Shown here piece after piece: positions 56,815 to 64,000 of a stretch of DNA of 64,000 nt. The stretch comes from Patescibacteria group bacterium (GTDB taxonomy: Bacteria; Patescibacteriota; Microgenomatia; UM-FILTER-40-11), in NCBI GenBank assembly GCA_035530075.1, contig DATKVM010000005.1, positions 167,006 to 231,005 on the forward strand, written 5' to 3'. Position 1 is the stretch's first letter; the number at the start of each line of letters is the position of its first letter. The translations under genes were made by a program, and so were the position numbers. The notes under the pieces were generated by a model. The model made no database searches. It saw nothing but the letters and a program-made list of their open reading frames with translations, and was not told the DNA's origin.

Positions 56815-57879
56815 ATGCCGCAAGATTTCCAACAAGTTTTAGCTGAAAAAAGAGAAATTGTTTGGCAGGAAATCCAAAAATACTTAAAAACCCCTCGGTT
56901 TCCAGGAAAAATAGCTATTCCCCCCAAATATCAAAAGGAAATGGATTTTCATTGGCAGATAGTGCGAACTTATCCAGAAAGATTAGGAAAGTACTTGCGG
57001 CCAACACTGGTCTTGTTAACCGCGGAAGCGATGGGGGTGCCAGAGGAGAAAGCCATCAGAACTGCGGCGGCAATGCAAACTTCAGAGGATTGGATTTTGA
57101 TTCATGATGATTTTGAGGATGGTTCACTAGCCAGGCGGGGAGATGCGACGCTTCATCGACTTTATGGAGAAGAACTGGCGGTTAATGCTGGTGATGGCTT
57201 GCATATAGTAATGTGGAAGATGCTTTGGGATAACCGGAGGGTTCTAGGAGAGAAAAAAGCAGAGGAAGTGACGGAGGAATTTTATCAAATGTTAACGCGA
57301 ACGATCTTTGGCCAGGCAGTAGAGATTAAATGGACAAAAGACAATCGGCAAGACTTGACAGATGAGGACATTTTCTTAATCTTGGATGGTAAAACTTCTT
57401 ATTACACCATTGCCGGACCAATGCGCTTGGGGGCAATTCTTGGGGGAGCCACCGCAAAACAGTTAGAAGCGCTTTGGGAATTTGGTCAACTTCTTGGCCG
57501 CTGTTTTCAAATTACAGACGACCTTCTGGACTTAACCTCCGACTTTCGCGGTCTTAAAAAGCAGATAGGTAATGATATTTATGAAGGGAAGAGGACAATT
57601 ATGCTCATGCATTTATTCCGAAAAGCTAAAGGAAAAGATAAAGAGAAGCTAAGCCGGATTATGCGGAAGGGCCGTGAGGAAAAGACAGAGACAGAGACAG
57701 AGTGGATAATAAACCAAATGAAAGAGTGTGGCAGTTTAGATTATGGCCGAAGGATTGCCCAGGATTTAGCGACTAAAGCCTTAGAGGCCTTTGAGACAAA
57801 ACTTGATTTTTTGAGAAAACAACCCGCTCGAGATCAATTGAAAGCAGGAATAGATTTTATCCTCAAAAGAGATTTTTAG
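56815..57879 (+). CDS. Short-chain trans-polyprenyl diphosphate synthase (FPP/GGPP)
   Basis: GKYLRP, WILIHDDFED..RRG, GKTSYY, FQITDDLLD, DIYEGKRT. Confidence 0.93.
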   Translation: MPQDFQQVLAEKREIVWQEIQKYLKTPRFPGKIAIPPKYQKEMDFHWQIVRTYPERLGKYLRPTLVLLTAEAMGVPEEKAIRTAAAMQTSEDWILIHDDFEDGSLARRGDATLHRLYGEELAVNAGDGLHIVMWKMLWDNRRVLGEKKAEEVTEEFYQMLTRTIFGQAVEIKWTKDNRQDLTDEDIFLILDGKTSYYTIAGPMRLGAILGGATAKQLEALWEFGQLLGRCFQITDDLLDLTSDFRGLKKQIGNDIYEGKRTIMLMHLFRKAKGKDKEKLSRIMRKGREEKTETETEWIINQMKECGSLDYGRRIAQDLATKALEAFETKLDFLRKQPARDQLKAGIDFILKRDF

Positions 57880-57884
57880 AAGAG

Positions 57885-58682
57885 ATGGCTCAACAGGATT
57901 TAGTTTTGATCAAACTTGGCGGAAGTTTAATAACAGACAAAACGAAACCACTTGCTGCCAGGGAAGAGGTAATTAGAAGGTTGGGTGAAGAGATTAAAAG
58001 TGGGATGGAAAAATTTTCTGGAAAGATAGTTATTGGTCATGGAAGTGGCTCTTTTGGTCATACAGTGGCGGCTAAATATCAAACACAAGATGGAATAATA
58101 AATAAAAGAAGCATCGAGGGTTTAACCTTAGTCGCGGACGCTGCAATCCGGATAAACAGAATTGTCGTTAAGAATTTTTTGAGAATTGGTTTGCCCGTTT
58201 TTTCTCTTTCCCCAGCAAGTTTTCTAACTGCTGAGGATCAAAAACCCCACAAAGTTTTTCTTGATCCGATTTTTGAGCTTCTTCACAGAGGGCTAATTCC
58301 AATAATTTATGGAGATGTAATTTTAGATGCTAAAAGTGGTTGTTGTATATTTTCGTCTGAAAAGACTCTAAACATTCTGGCCTCCAATCTGGTGAAAGAA
58401 TTTAAGATCTTAAAGGTTATTCACTGTGGAGATACTGACGGGGTTTATAACTCAGAAGGAAAGACAATTCCAATGATTACGGAAGGTTCATTTAGGACGT
58501 TTCAAAAGGCAATTGGAGGCTCTAGGGCCACTGATGTGACTGGGGGAATGTTTCATAAAGTGAAGGAATCACTAGAAGTCGCTCGCCTAGGAGTTTGCTC
58601 TCTCGTTATTAACGGTAAAAAACCAGGAAATCTTAAAAGTGCGATACTAGGGAAGAAAACAGAGGGGACTTTAATAAAGTAA
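57885..58682 (+). CDS. Isopentenyl phosphate kinase (amino-acid-kinase fold)
   Basis: IKLGGSLITDK, HGSGSFGH signature His, DVTGGM..K. Confidence 0.88.
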   Translation: MAQQDLVLIKLGGSLITDKTKPLAAREEVIRRLGEEIKSGMEKFSGKIVIGHGSGSFGHTVAAKYQTQDGIINKRSIEGLTLVADAAIRINRIVVKNFLRIGLPVFSLSPASFLTAEDQKPHKVFLDPIFELLHRGLIPIIYGDVILDAKSGCCIFSSEKTLNILASNLVKEFKILKVIHCGDTDGVYNSEGKTIPMITEGSFRTFQKAIGGSRATDVTGGMFHKVKESLEVARLGVCSLVINGKKPGNLKSAILGKKTEGTLIK

Positions 58683-58703
58683 TAACTAGATACCAACGAA
58701 CAT

Positions 58704-59237
58704 ATGGCCAAACAACAACTTATTTTAGTTGATGAAGATGATAAATTTTTGGGTCGGTATGCAATAAAGGCCGATTGTCACACAGGTGAAGGCTTGCATC
58801 ACCGAGCGTTTACTCTTTTAATTATTAATAACCAGAAAGAAGTCCTGCTCCAGGATAGGAAGCACCAACTTTGGGATCATTTTTGGGACTTAACTAACAG
58901 TCACCCCCTTCATTTAGAGAATGGTTCAGACGAAACCACCCCACAGGCGGCCAGCCGTTGTCTTAGAAGAGAATGGGGGATAGATTTTCCAGTTAAAAAA
59001 CTCTTTACTTTTAATTATTTCAGTCAATACGAAGGGAATTTCTGCGAAAACGAATGTTGCTATTTTTTAGTGGGGAAATATCAGGGAGAAGTTCACCCTA
59101 ATCCGGAAGTGGCTTATGGATACAAGTGGATGCCCCTCGACCAACTTTTAGAAGACATAAATATCCATCCGGAAATTTATACCCCTTGGTTGATGAGAGC
59201 TTTAAAGGAGGTCAAGAAGAGAAATCTGAATGTTTAA
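58704..59237 (+). CDS. idi: Type 1 isopentenyl-diphosphate delta-isomerase (Nudix fold)
   Basis: H..EGLHHRAF, SHP, ENE, YTPW; isoprenoid operon context. Confidence 0.8.
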   Translation: MAKQQLILVDEDDKFLGRYAIKADCHTGEGLHHRAFTLLIINNQKEVLLQDRKHQLWDHFWDLTNSHPLHLENGSDETTPQAASRCLRREWGIDFPVKKLFTFNYFSQYEGNFCENECCYFLVGKYQGEVHPNPEVAYGYKWMPLDQLLEDINIHPEIYTPWLMRALKEVKKRNLNV

Positions 59238-59745
59238 GGATAAATTTCTGTCTGAAATCTCTTCGCCATTCGAGGCCCGACTAAAAGCTTTTATCCGACA
59301 AAAAGTGGACAACGAAAACGATGCTGAAGATATTTTCCAGGAAACCTTAGTTGCTGCCTCTCAAAGCTTGCCTACTTTTAAAGGCAAGTCTTCTTTTTTT
59401 ACTTGGCTTTGCGGCATTGCCAATCATGAAATTGCTGACTTTTATCGAAAAAAGAAAATTAAGACTTTTTTGTTCTCACGCTTTCCTTTTTTAGAAACTT
59501 TAGTTTCTGAGGCTTTAGGGCCGGAAGAAGAATTATTAAAGCAGGAGCTGAGAAAGGAGGTGAAACAAGTTTTAAGCCGCATAAGCGAAGGATATTCTTT
59601 GGTTTTGCGACTAAAGTATTACCAAGGCTTAAGTATGGCAGAAATTGCCGAGAAATTGGGAATGACAGTTAAAGCCGTGGAATCCAAGCTGTCGCGGGCG
59701 AGAGAGGCTTTCCGCGTTCAATGGAACGCTCAATATAAAAAATGA
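59230..59745 (+). CDS. ECF-type RNA polymerase sigma factor
   Basis: DAEDIFQE, FFTWLCGIA, GLSMAEIAEKLG..AVESKLSRAR. Confidence 0.92.
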   Translation: MFKDKFLSEISSPFEARLKAFIRQKVDNENDAEDIFQETLVAASQSLPTFKGKSSFFTWLCGIANHEIADFYRKKKIKTFLFSRFPFLETLVSEALGPEEELLKQELRKEVKQVLSRISEGYSLVLRLKYYQGLSMAEIAEKLGMTVKAVESKLSRAREAFRVQWNAQYKK

Positions 59746-60113
59746 AAATGAAAATAGAAAAAATACATATAAAAATTAAAAAAGTTATGAGATTTGGGGT
59801 TTTGGTGGGAATAAAAGAGAGTTACTTACTGGTAAAGAATGCCTATGGGTTATATAGCCATCCGTTCTTGACGACTAAAAGAATTATGGAGGAAAAAGAT
59901 TTATCCCAAGGCCTTTTGCTTTTCGGCTTACCAATTTATCTTTGGTTGGCTTGGGTTTTGATTTTATTAGTCTCCCGAATCTTCATTTTTAAAGAGCTTC
60001 GTTTTGGCTTTCTAGCCAAAACCTCATTTTTACTTTCCTCTTTCTCGCTCTCCATCCTTTCTCTCTTTTTGGGCTATTGGCTATTTATGGTTTGTCGAAA
60101 GAAGGCGAAGTGA
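59742..60113 (+). CDS. Small two-TM membrane protein
   Basis: Overlaps the sigma factor stop; two hydrophobic helices. Confidence 0.6.
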   Translation: MKMKIEKIHIKIKKVMRFGVLVGIKESYLLVKNAYGLYSHPFLTTKRIMEEKDLSQGLLLFGLPIYLWLAWVLILLVSRIFIFKELRFGFLAKTSFLLSSFSLSILSLFLGYWLFMVCRKKAK

Positions 60114-60394
60114 GTTCAGAAAGAGGACATGGACTATCTTGGGGGTGGCGCGAAATGCGGCAGTTTGGAGTTAGTAAGGGGGTTTGTGGCGAGGAGCAGC
60201 GGGTGGTTTTCCAGAACCCGGGAGAGAGGATTCTTGGTCTTTTGCGCGGGAAATTATATATGTGGCATCAACCGATATTCGATGAGGAGGGAAAGCTGAT
60301 TGGCCATCATCTCGGGTGGTCTCTATTATCAGAAGAATACGATCAGCAGTTTCGAGAAGCCAGAAGAGACAAACTTGTTCCCCGTGAGGCTTAG
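60110..60394 (+). CDS. Hypothetical protein
   Basis: GTGA start/stop overlap with the upstream gene; fills the gap before uppS. Confidence 0.45.
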   Translation: MSSERGHGLSWGWREMRQFGVSKGVCGEEQRVVFQNPGERILGLLRGKLYMWHQPIFDEEGKLIGHHLGWSLLSEEYDQQFREARRDKLVPREA

Positions 60395-60415
60395 TGTTAG
60401 AATTCGTTCACACAA

Positions 60416-61120
60416 ATGGTTAAATTAGACAAAAAAAATATCCCCCAACACGTTGCCATTATTATGGACGGCAACCGGCGGTGGGCAAAAGCGCGGGGGC
60501 TCTCTGTTAATGAAGGCCATGAGGAGGGAGCTAAAAACTTGGACCGGGTTGTTAGACGAGCAGAGGAGCTAGGGATTAGGTATCTAACCTTTTATACCCT
60601 CTCAACTGAAAATTGGCGCAAACGGACCAAACAAGAGGTCAAAGGAATTTTTGATTTGCTCTTAAGGATGGTTAAGGAGAAAAAAGAGCAGTATGAAAAA
60701 GAAGGGGTCAAGCTTTTTGTTTTGGGTAACTTCCAAGCTTTTCCCCGCAAAGTTGCCCGAGCAATTGCCGAAATGCTCAAAATTGTCCTCAAGCACGAAA
60801 GAATTAAAGTCAATCTCGCCTTAAATTATGGTGGTCGGGACGAGATTATTAAAGCGATTCAAGAAATTATTAAAGAGGGAGTTCCTCCCGAAAAAGTCAA
60901 TGAGGAGCTGGTAGCCAAACACCTCTATACTAATGGCCAACCGGATCCAGACTTAATTATCCGCACTGGGGGTGAAGTTCGGCTCTCTAACTTCCTTCTT
61001 TGGCAAATGTCCTACTCCGAGCTTTATTTTACTGATATTTTATGGCCGGACTTTGGACCTCGCGAGCTTGAGCGAGCGATATTTGAATATCAAAGAAGGC
61101 AAAGGCGATTTGGGAAGTAG
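60416..61120 (+). CDS. uppS: Undecaprenyl diphosphate synthase (cis-prenyltransferase)
   Basis: HVAIIMDGNRRWA, STENW, NYGGRDEI, RTGGEVRLSNFLLWQ. Confidence 0.97.
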   Translation: MVKLDKKNIPQHVAIIMDGNRRWAKARGLSVNEGHEEGAKNLDRVVRRAEELGIRYLTFYTLSTENWRKRTKQEVKGIFDLLLRMVKEKKEQYEKEGVKLFVLGNFQAFPRKVARAIAEMLKIVLKHERIKVNLALNYGGRDEIIKAIQEIIKEGVPPEKVNEELVAKHLYTNGQPDPDLIIRTGGEVRLSNFLLWQMSYSELYFTDILWPDFGPRELERAIFEYQRRQRRFGK

Positions 61121-61177
61121 TCCTTGAATGTCCAATTCCTGATGACCAATGTCCATTCAAGCCTAAATTTTCAAATT

Positions 61178-61566
61178 TTAGCGACCCTCTTTAGAGGTTT
61201 GCGTTTTTTTGACAATTGAGCTAAAAATTAAATTTAATTCTTTTGCTTCTGCCAAAGACTGCGTGCTTTGATTTTTAGTTCTGGAACTGCCATTGCAATT
61301 ATTCTTAGCCAATACTTTGTCTCCTTGGCCTCTTTTTTGCACAGGCTAATTTTATGTTTGAAGTCCATTTTCGATTCGGCGTTATCAGCCTCACAATAGT
61401 TGGCTCCTATGCTAGTGGCCGCTCGGACTAATTGGCTAATAAGGGAGATGGTTATTGGGGATTGAGGAACTTTCTTAGAAAATTCAATTATTGCTTCACC
61501 AAAGTTCGCTGTTCTTTCTTCTAAGTCATAATTTTTGTTTTGACCAATTGGGTTTTGATTGGTCAT
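61178..61566 (-). pseudogene. Four-helix-bundle (23S rRNA IVP-like) protein, frameshifted near the C-terminus
   Basis: QLVRAATSIGANYCEA..F.HKI..KEAKETKYWL; last helix EAKELNLIFSSIVKK is in another frame after about 61250. Confidence 0.72.
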
Positions 61567-61590
61567 TAGGGTTTAGAACTTGGTCATTTT

Positions 61591-62277
61591 CTAAAATATC
61601 TGTATTCCTAAGATAACTTCCAGTATTTGGACTAACCAGTAGGAAATAAAAAGCAATAAAAATCCTGCTAAGGCACTGGTGATTTTTCCTTTAGCCGAGG
61701 CTAATCCTTTTTCATCGTTAGCAGCAATCATCATTTGAAAGCCGCCGGCAATTAAATAGAACAAAAGGAGTAAGCCGGCAATAACAAAAAGATAAGGCAA
61801 AAGGCCAAAAATGATTGCTCCTACATCAGAAGAGAGGCCCGGCAGGAATTGCTCTTTGAGTCCGGTTTCTTTCCCAAATTGTTTACCAAGCTGACCAAAA
61901 TCAATTCCCGAGTTACCACTTTCTTCTGAGAAAGTAGCCGTGCTTTTAGTAGGAACAGGTGTGGAAGTGGAAATAGAAGTTGGCGATGTTCCCCCTCGGC
62001 AATAACCGTTCATGCAGGTCTGGCCACTAACACAAGAGGGGTTTGGGTTGGGACAACAAGGATAGGGATATTGGCCACAAAGCGATCCTTGTTTACAGTA
62101 TCCATTCTGGCAATACCATTCAGGAAAACCGCAACAGGGGAGACTCACATCACAAGAGTTAGTGTTTTCGTAACAACTTACGGCTTTAACATGAGGAACG
62201 TGGAGAACGAATGGGAATGTTAAAATAAAGGAGGCTATAGTCACAAGCGGTAAGGATTTAGATTTTATTTTGATCAT
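61591..62277 (-). CDS. VirB2/TrbC-like pilin with a Cys-rich N-terminal domain
   Basis: Signal-like N-terminus, 12 Cys, Ser/Thr linker, TM-AANDEKGLASAKGKITSALAG-TM. Confidence 0.78.
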   Translation of the reverse strand: MIKIKSKSLPLVTIASFILTFPFVLHVPHVKAVSCYENTNSCDVSLPCCGFPEWYCQNGYCKQGSLCGQYPYPCCPNPNPSCVSGQTCMNGYCRGGTSPTSISTSTPVPTKSTATFSEESGNSGIDFGQLGKQFGKETGLKEQFLPGLSSDVGAIIFGLLPYLFVIAGLLLLFYLIAGGFQMMIAANDEKGLASAKGKITSALAGFLLLFISYWLVQILEVILGIQIF

Positions 62278-62279
62278 TA

Positions 62280-63290
62280 CTATTTTCTAAACCCAGGAAT
62301 TTGTAAAATATCCACTCCGATTAATTTTAGCAGAAATAGGGAGAGAATAATCAGCAAAAGTCCGCTAATAGCGCTGGTAATCAGCTCGCCTCCGGCTTTG
62401 ACTTTCTCAGGGTTGCCGCCGGAGACAGTGATTTGAATGGCGCCTAAGGCCATTAAAAGGAAAGCAATCCCCGAAGCGATAAAAGTAACTTTTCCTAAAA
62501 GCCAACCGACAAATCTGTCAACACTGTCGACCGGGATACACCCAATAGCTGTTGTTACTCCCGTTCCCCCATCACAGGTGACGTCTATTATGGGAATATT
62601 TTGTATATACAGGCCTGTTCCCAGCGTGCAGTTAATTTTGTCTACAGTTATCTTTGATTGAAAGAACCCATAATTCTTGCAGCATGTTTTTGTCAGATCA
62701 GTACCCAAAGGACAATCAAAGAAACTACTCGTAAAACCTTCAGGGCAACAATATGGACCTGTAATAGTACTTCCGCAAGGAATTTTAGAGATGGTTTCTT
62801 TTAGTTGAAAAAGTCCATAATTTTTGCAGCAAAATCTAGAGGTATCTGTGCCCGTAGGACAGTCCAAACTGCGATCGCTATAGCCATCAGGACAACAAAA
62901 GGACGGCTGCCGTGAGGCCTCGCTTCCACAAGGAACTCTATCAGCGGTTTCTTTATAGCCAAAAGACCCGCTATTTCTGCAGCATTTTTTGGTTATATCT
63001 GTGCCTGAGGGACAATCCCAACAATTTTCAGAAAAACCGGCGGGACAGCAAAGGGGTTCGTTATCAATTGTGCCACAAGGAATTCTGTCTTTAGTTTCTT
63101 TCTCGCAAAAAAATCCATGATTCTTACAGCATTGTTTTGATAAGTCTGTAAAGGACGGGCAATCCATGGCATTTTCGGTAAAACTTGGAGGGCAACAAAG
63201 TAGTTCGGTTGTCTGCCCTCTAATAGATGAAGGTAGCCTTAAAGACAAAAGCAAGAAAAACAAACAGAGCAACGATAGTCTTTTGATCAT
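62280..63290 (-). CDS. VirB2/TrbC-like pilin with four six-cysteine repeats
   Basis: Start MIKRL with AAGGAG SD; four CC..C..CC..C repeats; TAIGCIP; TM-SGGNPEKVKAGGELITSAISG-TM. Confidence 0.8.
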   Translation of the reverse strand: MIKRLSLLCLFFLLLSLRLPSSIRGQTTELLCCPPSFTENAMDCPSFTDLSKQCCKNHGFFCEKETKDRIPCGTIDNEPLCCPAGFSENCWDCPSGTDITKKCCRNSGSFGYKETADRVPCGSEASRQPSFCCPDGYSDRSLDCPTGTDTSRFCCKNYGLFQLKETISKIPCGSTITGPYCCPEGFTSSFFDCPLGTDLTKTCCKNYGFFQSKITVDKINCTLGTGLYIQNIPIIDVTCDGGTGVTTAIGCIPVDSVDRFVGWLLGKVTFIASGIAFLLMALGAIQITVSGGNPEKVKAGGELITSAISGLLLIILSLFLLKLIGVDILQIPGFRK

Positions 63291-63351
63291 GAAAGCCGTC
63301 TCCTTCTTAAAATCATAACATAACTGTTTGCAAATGGTAAAATTAAAAGTA

Positions 63352-64000
63352 ATGCTCAAACTTAAGCTTCGTTGGTTGAAATTCACGGTTTTAATCTTTA
63401 CTTTCCTTTTTTTGGGTTTTTCCAGCTTCGGAACAATTAGTGTTCGGGCTGAGTGCCCGGCCACTGATTATCAGTGCCAGATTGATGAATTGCAAAGAGA
63501 ATACGAGGCTCGGAAAGATGCTCACGAAAAAAATAAAGCAGAATTGGCTAACTACCGTAAACAACTGGCCTCCATTCAAAAAAGATTGGCCGACCTTGAT
63601 AGCCAACTGAAGAAAACTGAAGCGGAAATTCTGACTCGGGAAATAGATTTGGGGGTTCAGGAGGAGTTACTTTCGGCCCGGATCCGGGAGATGTACAAAA
63701 GAAATCGGGAATTTACCTTACTGACCCTTCTTCTTTCTTCTAAATCCTTGACCGATTTTTCTCAGGGCCTGGCTCTCCGGGGAATAACCGCCAAACAGGA
63801 TTGGCAAATAATCACGGCGACTTCGGAGAGAATTCTGTCTCTCAAAAATGACAAGGAAACATTAAAAAAGAATCAGGCTTCAGCCGCGGCTCTGAAAAGC
63901 CAAGTAGATAAACAAGTTGATTTCCTGGCTGGCGAAGTCGAGAAGACCGAAAGTTTTTTTGCTCGAATTAAGGCCCGGCAAGCGGAGCTTTCGGCTCTCA
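63352..64000 (+). CDS. Secreted coiled-coil protein (PcsB/CwlO-like N-terminus), runs off the window
   Basis: Manual translation MLKLKLRWLKFTVLIFTFLFLGF..ECPATDYQCQIDELQREY..LLSARIREMYK; absent from the ORF track because it has no stop in the window. Confidence 0.75.
   Translation, partial: MLKLKLRWLKFTVLIFTFLFLGFSSFGTISVRAECPATDYQCQIDELQREYEARKDAHEKNKAELANYRKQLASIQKRLADLDSQLKKTEAEILTREIDLGVQEELLSARIREMYKRNREFTLLTLLLSSKSLTDFSQGLALRGITAKQDWQIITATSERILSLKNDKETLKKNQASAAALKSQVDKQVDFLAGEVEKTESFFARIKARQAELSAL

Noticed and set aside
61178-63290. Diversity-generating retroelement (Avd-like four-helix bundle next to variable pilins)
   Set aside because: No reverse transcriptase and no template/variable repeat pair with adenine-specific differences seen
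63291-63606. Minus-strand extension to 63464 and ORF 63391-63606
   Set aside because: Overlap the plus-strand coiled-coil gene starting at 63352; the pilin has a good SD at 63290

Overview
Gene-dense chromosomal window (genetic code 11). Gene content, short intergenic repeats and pervasive leaderless promoters point to a Patescibacteria (CPR, probably Microgenomates) genome; this is inference. Left to right: a surface-glycosylation cluster (two GT-C, WecA/TagO-like, UbiA/DPPR-synthase-like); a tRNA-Cys nested inside the anticodon loop of a second, interrupted tRNA-Cys; an accessory stretch in which single genes are separated by an 18-bp direct repeat (GGCGGCAAAAATTAGGGG); ppdK, a GH1 and an M23 peptidase; a 153-bp IS200/IS605-type miniature element sitting inside a start codon; groEL/ES, valS, rplY, rnhA; the jag-yidC-yidD-rnpA-rpmH / dnaA-oriC-dnaN origin region; a T4SS-like locus (CHAP protein, VirB4, PrgI, VirB6-like, eight VirB2-like pilins, one carrying four six-cysteine repeats); and an isoprenoid module (prenyl synthase, isopentenyl-phosphate kinase, IDI, UppS). 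The strongest candidates for something undescribed are the repeat-delimited single-gene cassette array (7963-9869), the nested tRNA (6260-6485) and the start-codon-splitting mini-element (18411-18563). All calls come from reading the sequence by eye; no searches were run.
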